A stretch of 64,000 nt of DNA from a virus. Lineage: Duplodnaviria > Heunggongvirae > Uroviricota > Caudoviricetes. The DNA is taken from IMG/VR virus record IMGVR_UViG_3300042563_002362. One strand, 5' to 3'. The notes under the pieces were generated by a model. That model was given only the letters and a program-made list of their open reading frames with translations, ran no database searches and had not been told where the DNA came from. Of this stretch, positions 17,950 to 26,643 are shown piece by piece. Numbering within the stretch: the stretch's first letter is position 1; every line of letters begins with the position of its first letter. A program made the translations under genes and the position numbers.

Positions 17950-18126
17950 ATGATTACTCTAGCTCCAAAATACACGAAACATTCCATCCACCTTGGCGTT
18001 CAAATTTACAAACGCAAGGCTAACACTGGAACGAGCGGCGGCATGTGGCTCACCGATTCCACTACCTTCAAGTCTCTGGCAGGAGCCAAGGCTTGGTTGG
18101 AATATCGCGCTAGCCTCAATGCGTAA
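17950..18126 (+). CDS. small hypothetical protein (58 aa)
   Basis: The track ORF 17860..18126 includes the promoter. The real start is the ATG at the leader end. Confidence 0.35.
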   Translation: MITLAPKYTKHSIHLGVQIYKRKANTGTSGGMWLTDSTTFKSLAGAKAWLEYRASLNA

Positions 18127-18160
18127 GAATAAATTCAATCTCCTTTAACGCAATTACATT

Positions 18161-18517
18161 ATGACAAAATTTACAGGATTCAACAAAGCCACTGCTTCCG
18201 CTCTTCGTTCCGAACTCAACGCCGTTCTTGCCAAGTATGGTGCTGATGCAAATCTCGAGTTCAACATCGGAACTATTCGTTTCGGAGTTAGTGACGCCAA
18301 GATGCAAATTGAAACCAAGGTCAAAGGCGCAGTTAGCCGCGAAGACCGCGTCATTTCCAATTTGATCGCTTCATACGACCTCAAGGAAATTGGCCGCAAC
18401 GGTGAAAAGCTCGTAAGCTACAATTCCAGAGCGCATCGCTATCCAGTGATTTACTCGCACGGCGGAAAGCGTTATAAAACCTCGATTGAGCACATGAAGT
18501 TCCTCTTCGCTAAGTAA
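18161..18517 (+). CDS. hypothetical protein
   Basis: 118-aa ORF. Confidence 0.45.
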   Translation: MTKFTGFNKATASALRSELNAVLAKYGADANLEFNIGTIRFGVSDAKMQIETKVKGAVSREDRVISNLIASYDLKEIGRNGEKLVSYNSRAHRYPVIYSHGGKRYKTSIEHMKFLFAK

Positions 18518-18554
18518 GAGAACTGATTGCTGCTCAAAACACTGATTACACTTT

Positions 18555-19973
18555 ATGACATTTGAATTTAATACTGCACTAGATCTGATCGGAAAGCTCG
18601 ATGAAGCGTTCCCAGGAACGCAAAGTCTGATTGTCGGCGGAGCGGTTCGTGACTACTTTTTGAACGTACCCGCGCACGACGTTGACATTGCAACCAATGT
18701 TCCGTTTGAGCAGCTTGCGCTATACTTTGAGTTGCAGGACATCACGAAGAACACCGTGAATGCTCAGCCTGTTAGCATCATCGTTCATTGCGGCGTCGCT
18801 TTTGAAATTGCTCAGTTCCGCACTGACAGTATCGGTACTGACCGTAAGAGTAACGTCGCAACGGTTGTCAGCACCTTTGAAGAAGACAGTGCGCGTCGTG
18901 ATATCACGATTAACGCAATAGGTCTTGACCGCAATCAGAAGATCATCGACCCACAAGGTGGACGTCAAGATCTGATTAGAGAATTGGTCACGTGCGTCGG
19001 CGATCCAAACATTCGCTTTCAGGAAGATGCAACACGTATTCTTCGGGTCTTGCGGTTTGCTGCTAAGCTAAACTTCGCTATTCACCCTGACACGCTTGAC
19101 GCGGTTATTCGCAACCGTGGTCTACTCACTGATCGTGAACGTATTAGTCCAGAGAGTATCGCTAAGGAAATCTTTAAGGCTGCACATGATGGCGTAGTCT
19201 TTGCAAGATTTATTCGGCTGCTTGATCTAATGGGCATTAGTTCTCTAATCCTGCGTGAATGGATTGATCTGAATGGATTTACTCATGATCCTATTCACCA
19301 TCCTGAAGGTGGAAGTACTGTTCAAGGTCATATTCTTGAGTGCCTTGTTCAAGGTGGATTTACGAATGATCCTGTGACTAACATCGGTATCTTCTGTCAT
19401 GACCTTGGTAAGGCAGTCACTCGCGGGGTCAAGAGCAACGGACAGTCCAACTATCATGGGCACGAAGGTGCAGGAGTTCCTATTGTCGAAGCACTGTTTG
19501 ACCGCCTGCGGTTTAACGATCTGTCTTCAGGCGACAAGGAAGATATCCTCTTTGCCACCGAAAAGCACATGCTGATTCATAACCTTCGTGAACTTAGCAC
19601 GCGCACAATTGCACGTCTGGTTCTTGCAAAGGGTTGGAATGTTCTGAAGCAAGTTGCCTTTGCTGATGAAGCAAGCCGTGGACCTGATCTTTTCAATGCA
19701 GATGAATTCACTCAAAGGATTGCTTGGGCCGAAGAAAAGGTTCGGAACATTGCTAAGAATCGCGATGAACTTCGCCTACGCGTCAAGGAACATGTTGATG
19801 GCAACAAGCTGCTGGAATGGTTCCCTGAACTGCAAAGCAATCGTAAACTCCTTGCGCCTCTTCTCGAGTTCCTTGCTGAATTCATTCTTGAATGCATCGA
19901 CCTTGGAGAGATTCCTTCCCAAGATGACATCCGTCGCGTTGCCTCAAACGAACTTTTTTACAATCTAAATTAA
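18555..19973 (+). CDS. cca: tRNA nucleotidyltransferase (CCA-adding enzyme) with C-terminal HD domain
   Basis: The Pol-beta NTase head is GGAVRDYFLNVPAHDVDIAT (GGxVRD...DxD). RRD follows. The C-terminus has HD-type His/Asp motifs. Confidence 0.65.
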   Translation: MTFEFNTALDLIGKLDEAFPGTQSLIVGGAVRDYFLNVPAHDVDIATNVPFEQLALYFELQDITKNTVNAQPVSIIVHCGVAFEIAQFRTDSIGTDRKSNVATVVSTFEEDSARRDITINAIGLDRNQKIIDPQGGRQDLIRELVTCVGDPNIRFQEDATRILRVLRFAAKLNFAIHPDTLDAVIRNRGLLTDRERISPESIAKEIFKAAHDGVVFARFIRLLDLMGISSLILREWIDLNGFTHDPIHHPEGGSTVQGHILECLVQGGFTNDPVTNIGIFCHDLGKAVTRGVKSNGQSNYHGHEGAGVPIVEALFDRLRFNDLSSGDKEDILFATEKHMLIHNLRELSTRTIARLVLAKGWNVLKQVAFADEASRGPDLFNADEFTQRIAWAEEKVRNIAKNRDELRLRVKEHVDGNKLLEWFPELQSNRKLLAPLLEFLAEFILECIDLGEIPSQDDIRRVASNELFYNLN

Positions 19974-19986
19974 CACGAAATACAAC

Positions 19987-20463
19987 ATGCGAAAAGAAAA
20001 ACTATACATTGGCTCTATTGAGCAGCTTCGAGAGCACTTTACAACTCTACTTAACACTACCCACAACGCTCCGGCGAATAGAAGAGTTGAACAACTCCAC
20101 TTCAATTTTGAATATCAATTGCAGGCAATTTTACTAAAAGGTGGCATTAACTTTGGCGTGGTCTTTATGCTAAAAAACATGCCCGGTCGTTATATCGTTA
20201 GTAAATTTTGGGTTTTGATTAACCCAAATGAGTTTGAAGGTGGACTACACGTGAGCGACATTTATATCGGTAATCCGGATGAATTGATTGATTTTATTTC
20301 AGATGACGGAAGCGCATCTCGTAATGACATATGTCATCAAGTGCGTATCATAGAAAACGAGCTCTACGGATTTGGTGTTGTCAATATTTTTTCTGATACG
20401 GATCTCTCCATCAAAAATTACTATATTCTTTGCATGACACATCCACCGTTGGGGGCAAACTGA
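19987..20463 (+). CDS. hypothetical protein
   Basis: 158-aa ORF. Confidence 0.45.
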   Translation: MRKEKLYIGSIEQLREHFTTLLNTTHNAPANRRVEQLHFNFEYQLQAILLKGGINFGVVFMLKNMPGRYIVSKFWVLINPNEFEGGLHVSDIYIGNPDELIDFISDDGSASRNDICHQVRIIENELYGFGVVNIFSDTDLSIKNYYILCMTHPPLGAN

Positions 20464-20486
20464 GGTACATCTTAAGAAATAACAAT

Positions 20487-20888
20487 ATGAGAATGTATTT
20501 TTTTGTAATGGGAAATTTGTCAGGACGGCAACAAGGGATTCAAGCGGGTCATGCTGCTGTTGAGTATTCACGGCATGCAGCTGACCGTGTTGAAGGATAT
20601 GAGCAATATGCCGAATTTGCTGATGACCATAAGACGTTCATCTTACTTGACGGGGGAGGTAGTCAGGATATGCCTATGCGCGCGCGTGAATTGCGATCGC
20701 TTAACATCAAGACTGCCTCATTTTATGAACCTGACTTGAATAACTCTCTATCCGCAATCGCATTCATTCTTCCAGAAGAAATTTATGGCATCGACTTAGC
20801 TGATCCTGGGGGTGAAGGCGACGAGAGTAATCTTCGTCGTTACGCTATCAAATCATACATCTCAAAATTCCGACTCGCATCAAACTAA
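20487..20888 (+). CDS. possible PTH2-like peptidyl-tRNA hydrolase (alt start 20430)
   Basis: MRMYFFVMGNLSGRQQGIQAGHAAVEY follows the PTH2 pattern (hydrophobic-R/G-DL-M-GK-AQ-HAA). It is ~134 aa. The call is tentative. Confidence 0.3.
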   Translation: MRMYFFVMGNLSGRQQGIQAGHAAVEYSRHAADRVEGYEQYAEFADDHKTFILLDGGGSQDMPMRARELRSLNIKTASFYEPDLNNSLSAIAFILPEEIYGIDLADPGGEGDESNLRRYAIKSYISKFRLASN

Positions 20889-20897
20889 AAATACATT

Positions 20898-21137
20898 ATG
20901 AAACTGACATTTAAAACTAACACCGAATATCAAAACGCAAAAACTCTTCTTGGAGGAAATGGTTATCAGTTCGCCTATTACATCGATGAACGCGAAATTC
21001 GTTTTTACACCACTGGATCTTTTCTCGATGCTGTAGCCTCAATTGGCGAAATTGGAATCCGCGAGGATACTCATTACTCCGTCGATTCTGAAGGATACCG
21101 CATGTCTGCTCTTGAGAACGGGTGGTCCGCCGGATAA
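20898..21137 (+). CDS. hypothetical protein
   Basis: 79-aa ORF. Confidence 0.4.
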   Translation: MKLTFKTNTEYQNAKTLLGGNGYQFAYYIDEREIRFYTTGSFLDAVASIGEIGIREDTHYSVDSEGYRMSALENGWSAG

Positions 21138-21190
21138 ATCCTAATTTTCACAAAAATCTGAACTTTTTTCGGATTTTGTGCATTTTTTTG

Positions 21191-21243
21191 TTTACATTCC
21201 ATGAAAAACCTGTTAAAATAATTCTGTAAGGAAACCACCGAAT
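21191..21243 (+). promoter_or_regulatory. sigma70-type promoter cassette (drives MORN-repeat array)
   Basis: The -35 is at 21191-21196 and the -10 TAAAAT at 21214-21219. The leader AATTCTGTAAGGAAACCACCGAAT follows. ATG at 21244. A near-palindrome lies upstream. Confidence 0.55.
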
Positions 21244-21636
21244 ATGACTCCAGTATACATTAACATCGGCAAATATGGCGACAAGCATTACTACAAGGAC
21301 AAAGCAATGACGATACATCATCGTGAAGACGGTCCTGCGGTTGAATACCCCGATGGAGATAAATCTTGGTACATCAATGGAAAACTTCATCGTGAAGATG
21401 GTCCTGCGGTTGAATATGCCGATGGAGGTAAAGCTTGGTTCATCGATGGAAAACGCCATCGTGAAGACGGTCCTGCAATTGAATTTGCCAATGGACGTAA
21501 AGCTTGGTACATCGATGGAGTTTCACTAAGTGAACGAGAATTCCTCAAGCGAACTGCTCCAGAAATCGTCTTGACGATGGACGAGATTGCATCTAAGTTT
21601 GGGATTGAAGTGAGCAAGTTGAAGATCACTAAGTAA
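21244..21636 (+). CDS. MORN-variant repeat protein, array member A (3 repeats)
   Basis: The N-terminus is MTPVYINIGKYGDKHYYKDKAMTIHHREDGPAVE. It has 23-aa repeats of the form W(Y/F)xNGKxHREDGPAxExxxGxK and a conserved C-terminal tail EFLKRTAPEIVLTMDEIASKFGIEVSKLKITK. Confidence 0.6.
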   Translation: MTPVYINIGKYGDKHYYKDKAMTIHHREDGPAVEYPDGDKSWYINGKLHREDGPAVEYADGGKAWFIDGKRHREDGPAIEFANGRKAWYIDGVSLSEREFLKRTAPEIVLTMDEIASKFGIEVSKLKITK

Positions 21637-21673
21637 GTAAGTAAGGAACACGAAACGAACACTAAAACACATT

Positions 21674-22204
21674 ATGACTCCAGTATACATTATCATCAAC
21701 GAATACAGAAGTAAGCATTACTACAAGGACAAAGCAATGACGATACATCATCGTGAAGACGGTCCTGCAATTGAACATGCCAATGGAGGTAAAGTTTGGT
21801 ACGTCAATGGAAAACTTCATCGTGAAGATGGTCCTGCTATTGAATATGCCGATGGAGGTAAAGAATGGTACTCTAATGGAAAACGCCATCGTGAAGACGG
21901 TCCTGCGGCTGAATACGCTAATGTAGGTAAATTTTGGTACGTCGATGGAAAACTTCATCGTGAAGACGGTCCTGCAATTGAATTTGCCGGTGGACATAAA
22001 GAATGGTACGTCGATGGAAAACTTCATCGTGAAGACGGTCCTGCGGTTGAATATGCCGATGGGAGTAAATTTTGGTATCTCGATGGAGTGGAACACGATG
22101 AACAAGAATTCCTCAAGCGAACTGCTCCAGAAATCGTCTTGACGATGGACGAAATTGCTGCTAAGTTTGGTATCGAAGTTAGCAAGCTAAAGATCACTAA
22201 GTAA
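21674..22204 (+). CDS. MORN-variant repeat protein, array member B (5 repeats)
   Basis: Same architecture, 176 aa. Confidence 0.6.
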   Translation: MTPVYIIINEYRSKHYYKDKAMTIHHREDGPAIEHANGGKVWYVNGKLHREDGPAIEYADGGKEWYSNGKRHREDGPAAEYANVGKFWYVDGKLHREDGPAIEFAGGHKEWYVDGKLHREDGPAVEYADGSKFWYLDGVEHDEQEFLKRTAPEIVLTMDEIAAKFGIEVSKLKITK

Positions 22205-22227
22205 GTAAGGAACCCAAAACGAACATT

Positions 22228-22758
22228 ATGACTCCAGTATACATTATCATCAACGAATACGGAAACAAGTATTACTACAAGGACCAAGCAATGACGATAC
22301 GCCATCGTGAAGATGGTCCTGCGGTTGAACTTGCCGGTGGAGATAAATCTTGGTTCATCGATGGAAAACTTCATCGTGAAGACGGTCCTGCGGTTGAATA
22401 CCCCGATGGACATAAAGCTTGGTACGTCAATGGAAAACGCCATCGTGAAGATGGTCCTGCAATTGAACATTCCGATGGATGTAAAGAATGGTTCATCGAT
22501 GGAAAACTTCATCGTGAAGATGGTCCTGCAATTGAATATGCCAGTGGAGGTAAATCTTGGTTCGTCAATGGAAAACGCCATCGTGAAGATGGTCCTGCAG
22601 TTGAACTTGCCGGTGGACATAAAGAATGGTACGTCGATGGAGTTTCACTAAGTGAACAAGAATTCCTCAAGCGAACTGCTAAAGAAATCGTCTTGACAAT
22701 GGACGAGATTGCATCTAAGTTTGGGATTGAAGTGAGCAAGCTAAAGATCACTAAGTAA
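22228..22758 (+). CDS. MORN-variant repeat protein, array member C (5 repeats)
   Basis: Same architecture, 176 aa. Confidence 0.6.
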   Translation: MTPVYIIINEYGNKYYYKDQAMTIRHREDGPAVELAGGDKSWFIDGKLHREDGPAVEYPDGHKAWYVNGKRHREDGPAIEHSDGCKEWFIDGKLHREDGPAIEYASGGKSWFVNGKRHREDGPAVELAGGHKEWYVDGVSLSEQEFLKRTAKEIVLTMDEIASKFGIEVSKLKITK

Positions 22759-22788
22759 GGAACCCAAAACGAACACGAAACGAACATT

Positions 22789-23250
22789 ATGACTCCAGTA
22801 TACATTATCATCGGCAAATACGGAAACAAGCATTACTACAAGGACAAAGCAATGACGATACTTCATCGTGAAGATGGTCCTGCGGCTGAACATGCCAATG
22901 GATGTAAAGAATGGTACTCTAATGGAAAACATCATCGTGAAGACGGTCCTGCGGTTGAATATGCCAATGGACATAAAGCTTGGTTCATCGATGGAAAACT
23001 TCATCGTGAAGATGGTCCTGCAGTTGAACTTGCCGGTGGACATAAAGAATGGTACGTCAATGGAAAACGCCATCGTGAAGACGGTCCTGCGGTTGAATAT
23101 GCCGATGGACATAAAGCTTGGTTCATCGATGGAGTTTCACTAAGTGAACAAGAATTCCTTCTTAAAACCGCTAAAGAAATCGTCTTGACGATGGACGAGA
23201 TTGCATCTAAGTTTGGGATTGAAGTGAGCAAGCTGAAGATCCAGAAGTAA
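22789..23250 (+). CDS. MORN-variant repeat protein, array member D (4 repeats)
   Basis: Same architecture, 153 aa. Confidence 0.6.
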   Translation: MTPVYIIIGKYGNKHYYKDKAMTILHREDGPAAEHANGCKEWYSNGKHHREDGPAVEYANGHKAWFIDGKLHREDGPAVELAGGHKEWYVNGKRHREDGPAVEYADGHKAWFIDGVSLSEQEFLLKTAKEIVLTMDEIASKFGIEVSKLKIQK

Positions 23251-23290
23251 CGAACACGAAACGAACACGAAACGAACACTAAAACACATT

Positions 23291-23821
23291 ATGACTCCAG
23301 TATACATTAACATCGGCAAATATGGCGACAAGCATTACTACAAGGACAAAGCAATGACGATACGCCATCGTGAAGACGGTCCTGCTATTGAACTTGCCGA
23401 TGGAGGTAAATCTTGGTTCGTCAATGGAAAACGCCATCGTGAAGACGGTCCTGCGGCTGAAGATGCCGATGGACATAAAGAATGGTTCATCGATGGAAAA
23501 CATCATCGTGAAGACGGTCCTGCAATTGAATATGCCGGTGGAGGTAAAGCTTGGTACTCCAATGGAAAACTTCATCGTGAAGACGGTCCTGCAATTGAAT
23601 ATGCCGATGGGAGTAAATTTTGGTTCGTCAATGGAAAACTTCATCGTGAAGACGGTCCTGCAGTTGAACATTCCGATGGAGGTAAAGAATGGTACGTCAA
23701 TGGAGTGGAACACGGTGAACGAGAATTCCTCAAGCGAACTGCTAAAGAAATCGTCTTGACGATGGACGAGATTGCATCTAAGTTTGGCATTGAAGTGAGC
23801 AAGCTAAAGATCACTAAGTAA
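23291..23821 (+). CDS. MORN-variant repeat protein, array member E (5 repeats)
   Basis: Same architecture, 176 aa. Confidence 0.6.
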   Translation: MTPVYINIGKYGDKHYYKDKAMTIRHREDGPAIELADGGKSWFVNGKRHREDGPAAEDADGHKEWFIDGKHHREDGPAIEYAGGGKAWYSNGKLHREDGPAIEYADGSKFWFVNGKLHREDGPAVEHSDGGKEWYVNGVEHGEREFLKRTAKEIVLTMDEIASKFGIEVSKLKITK

Positions 23822-23855
23822 GTAAGGAACCCAAAACGAACACGAAACGAACATT

Positions 23856-24179
23856 ATGACTCCAGTATACATTATCATCAACGAATACGGAAACAAGCAT
23901 TACTACAAGGACAAAGCAATGACGATACGCCATCGTGAAGACGGTCCTGCGGTTGAACTTGCCGATGGGAGTAAAGCTTGGTACTCTAATGGAAAACGCC
24001 ATCGTGAAGATGGTCCTGCGGTTGAATACCCCGATGGACATAAAGTTTGGTATCTCGACGGAGTGAAACACGGTGAACAAGAATTCCTTCTTAAAACCGC
24101 TAAAGAAATCGTCTTGACGATGGACGAGATTGCATCTAAGTTTGGGATTGAAGTGAGCAAGCTCAAGATCCAGAAGTAA
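23856..24179 (+). CDS. MORN-variant repeat protein, array member F (2 repeats)
   Basis: Same architecture, 107 aa. Confidence 0.6.
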   Translation: MTPVYIIINEYGNKHYYKDKAMTIRHREDGPAVELADGSKAWYSNGKRHREDGPAVEYPDGHKVWYLDGVKHGEQEFLLKTAKEIVLTMDEIASKFGIEVSKLKIQK

Positions 24180-24208
24180 CGAACCCGAAACAAACACTAA
24201 AACACATT

Positions 24209-24670
24209 ATGACTCCAGTATACATTATCATCGGCAAATACGGAAACAAGCATTACTACAAGGACAAAGCAATGACGATACTTCATCGTGAAGATGGTCC
24301 TGCAGTTGAACTTGCCGGTGGACATAAAGAATGGTACGTCAATGGAAAACGCCATCGTGAAGACGGTCCTGCGGTTGAATATGCCGATGGAGGTAAAGCT
24401 TGGTTCATCGATGGAAAACGCCATCGTGAAGACGGTCCTGCGGTTGAACTTGCCAGTGGAGGTAAAGAATGGTACGTCAATGGAAAACGCCATCGTGAAG
24501 ACGGTCCTGCGGTTGAACTTGCCGATGGATGTAAAGCTTGGTTCATCGATGGAGTTTCACTAAGTGAACAAGAATTCCTTCTTAAAACCGCTAAAGAAAT
24601 CGTCTTGACGATGGACGAAATTGCATCTAAGTTTGGGATTGATGTAAGCAAGCTAAAGATCTCTAAGTAA
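24209..24670 (+). CDS. MORN-variant repeat protein, array member G (4 repeats)
   Basis: Same architecture, 153 aa. Confidence 0.6.
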   Translation: MTPVYIIIGKYGNKHYYKDKAMTILHREDGPAVELAGGHKEWYVNGKRHREDGPAVEYADGGKAWFIDGKRHREDGPAVELASGGKEWYVNGKRHREDGPAVELADGCKAWFIDGVSLSEQEFLLKTAKEIVLTMDEIASKFGIDVSKLKISK

Positions 24671-24692
24671 GGAACTCTGATAAAATAAAAAT

Positions 24693-25040
24693 ATGAATCG
24701 TACAAGTAAACTATCTAGGCTTTTTAAATTCTTCTGGATGTCTCAAGCTGAACCTGATGAGACATGGGATAAACTATTGAATCTCCTGATTGATAAAGGA
24801 ACTGTTACAAAAGTAGATAACTTCACAATTACATTCGACAACGCCTTTACTGTTTGGACCTCCAATCACCCATACGCTAGTGGAATCCTTTATGTGTACA
24901 AAGGTAAGTACACTGACGAGAGACTACACTGCTCTAAGGCAACTAAAATTCGACTAGAGGATTTTTATTACAAATATCTAGAAGATACAAAAGCTCAAAG
25001 TTATGTAGAGAAAGAACTAAAGATCTATAAGAACAAGTAA
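24693..25040 (+). CDS. hypothetical protein
   Basis: 115-aa ORF. Confidence 0.4.
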   Translation: MNRTSKLSRLFKFFWMSQAEPDETWDKLLNLLIDKGTVTKVDNFTITFDNAFTVWTSNHPYASGILYVYKGKYTDERLHCSKATKIRLEDFYYKYLEDTKAQSYVEKELKIYKNK

Positions 25041-25071
25041 GAACCAAAGGAACACCAATATAATAAACAAG

Positions 25072-25623
25072 ATGAAACTAATGAAACTAATGACAATCGT
25101 TGTGGCTGCTCTTATGCTGCCTTCGTGTATTGAAGAAACCCAGCCAAGTAATGCCAGCGGCAGTGTCTCAAAGAAGACTGTTGAGGTATCAACTGATGCT
25201 GATGGTTGGACTGTAGAACAGAAGAATATTGCTGAACGACTCAAGCGTGATAATGTCGCTGGAGCAATCAAGCATCTGTATGTGATTAGTCCTTATAGTG
25301 GTCAGGTGATTCTGTATTCCACCGTGAAAGGTAAGGTCACTTCATCTGGTAAGCGACTAACTCCTACAAGTGTATCAGCGGGTGCTTGGGAGTATGTCAA
25401 CAGTCCTCATAGTGGTATGGGTGTCAATATTAACGGGCAGACAAAATACACATCAGAAGTGCTACAAGATGATGGCTCTTATGGCAGTTCATGTGAATAC
25501 ATTTATTGGTTCAGCTCTAAGGGAACTTTCCATAGTCACTTCTTCACTGGTGGACAAATCATCCATGTTTCTGATCAACCAATTGCTGTAAAGAACATCA
25601 CTCTTAACCTCGAAGACCGCTAA
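25072..25623 (+). CDS. secreted lipoprotein
   Basis: It has a signal peptide ending in the lipobox LMLPSC. Confidence 0.45.
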   Translation: MKLMKLMTIVVAALMLPSCIEETQPSNASGSVSKKTVEVSTDADGWTVEQKNIAERLKRDNVAGAIKHLYVISPYSGQVILYSTVKGKVTSSGKRLTPTSVSAGAWEYVNSPHSGMGVNINGQTKYTSEVLQDDGSYGSSCEYIYWFSSKGTFHSHFFTGGQIIHVSDQPIAVKNITLNLEDR

Positions 25624-25624
25624 T

Positions 25625-26089
25625 ATGAAAACCGTTGTATATATTTTTCTCTCTCTGGTAGCATGTACTGTCATCATTGGATGTAGTATCCTGAGTAAAG
25701 GATGTTCTTATGTTGGCAAGGCAACTGCTGTCGTTGAACAACAACTAGATCCGGCTCTTCTCTTGAAGAAGTATGAATGGTTCAAAAATGTAGCAGCAGA
25801 ATGTGATAAGAAACTTGCTGATGTTCAGGTTTATAAGTCCCGTCTCACTAGTATGGAGAAGTCCTATGAAGGCACCTCTCGTAAGGATTGGGATCGAACT
25901 GATAAAGAACAGTTTAATCTATGGGAGCAAGAAGTTGCGGGTGTCGTTGCCAGTTATAACAGCCTAGCTGCTGAATATAATGCAGCCATGTCCAAGATCA
26001 ACTATGCCTTTACCAATATCGGATCTCTCCCAAAGGGAGCAGCTGAACCATTGCCGCGAGAGGTGCGATCATATACTCTTTCCTTTTAA
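25625..26089 (+). CDS. membrane-anchored/lipoprotein-like protein
   Basis: The N-terminus is hydrophobic and carries IIGCS. Confidence 0.4.
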   Translation: MKTVVYIFLSLVACTVIIGCSILSKGCSYVGKATAVVEQQLDPALLLKKYEWFKNVAAECDKKLADVQVYKSRLTSMEKSYEGTSRKDWDRTDKEQFNLWEQEVAGVVASYNSLAAEYNAAMSKINYAFTNIGSLPKGAAEPLPREVRSYTLSF

Positions 26090-26126
26090 AAGAACTCTTA
26101 AGAGCTAAATCATCGAGGCGTATCCC

Positions 26127-26155
26127 CTCCGATACGCCTTTTTTGTCTGAAAATT
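26127..26155 (+). terminator. rho-independent terminator
   Basis: GGCGTATCccctccGATACGCC stem followed by TTTTTT. Confidence 0.6.
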
Positions 26156-26198
26156 TTGGAAAAAAATGAACTTTTTTTGGATTTTATGCATTTTCTTG

Positions 26199-26249
26199 TT
26201 TACATTCGTCTAAAAACCTGTTAAAATAATTCTGTAAGGAAACCACCAC
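26199..26249 (+). promoter_or_regulatory. sigma70-type promoter cassette
   Basis: The -35 is at 26199-26204 and the -10 TAAAAT at 26222-26227. The leader AATTCTGTAAGGAAACCACCAC follows. ATG at 26250. Confidence 0.55.
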
Positions 26250-26426
26250 ATGTCGAACCTCGATTCCCTGCTTCCCGATTCTCTCGAACTTCTTGCAATG
26301 TTTGAAACCGCCGCTGCAATCGCAGCAGCAGCTTATGCCGAAGAAGAGGATTCGCTCGAACTCGCTTTTCAAAAAGCTGCGAGTTCCGCAACGGTTGATT
26401 ACATTATCTCTAACAAGAATCGCTAA
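26250..26426 (+). CDS. small acidic protein (58 aa)
   Basis: It starts at the leader end. The track's 26293..26643 ORF is in another frame, and its N-terminal part is probably spurious. Confidence 0.3.
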   Translation: MSNLDSLLPDSLELLAMFETAAAIAAAAYAEEEDSLELAFQKAASSATVDYIISNKNR

Positions 26427-26430
26427 TACC

Positions 26431-26643
26431 ATGACTGACCAACCACAATTTGATCGTGAACGCCACGGCGGACTATTTGACCGAGGCAGCGCTGATGCTT
26501 ATTACCGCCGCGCTTTTTCCCCTCACTGGTATCCACAAGGCACTGGTCGCGGTGAAGCCGTCATCAATCTGACAAGTGAGGAAATTGAAGAATACCGCAA
26601 AGGCTTCCAATACCAAGAATCAACCGGAGAATTTAAGTACTGA
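26431..26643 (+). CDS. hypothetical protein (70 aa)
   Basis: Internal Met of the 26293..26643 ORF (MTDQPQFDRERHGG...). Confidence 0.35.
   Translation: MTDQPQFDRERHGGLFDRGSADAYYRRAFSPHWYPQGTGRGEAVINLTSEEIEEYRKGFQYQESTGEFKY

Larger units (their letters stand above)
21637..24208 (+). repeat. intergenic linkers of the array carrying 1-3 copies of an 11-nt unit GAACACGAAAC
   Basis: Linkers at 21637-21673, 22205-22227, 22759-22788, 23251-23290, 23822-23855 and 24180-24208 all read AAGTAAG(G)...CGAAACGAACA(n)...CATT ATG. Confidence 0.6.

Noticed and set aside
21244-24670. CRISPR-like regularly spaced repeats
   Set aside because: The repeats have a 69-bp period and are protein-coding, in-frame and degenerate. 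There are no spacer-like unique segments and no cas genes.
21148-24705. Many long minus-strand and alternate-frame plus-strand ORFs across the MORN array (e.g. 21662..22105-, 22024..22620-, 23279..23713-, 24283..24705-, 22307..22651+)
   Set aside because: They are frame shadows of the 69-bp periodic coding repeats. They have no start context or promoter, and they overlap the promoter-driven plus-strand array gene-for-gene.
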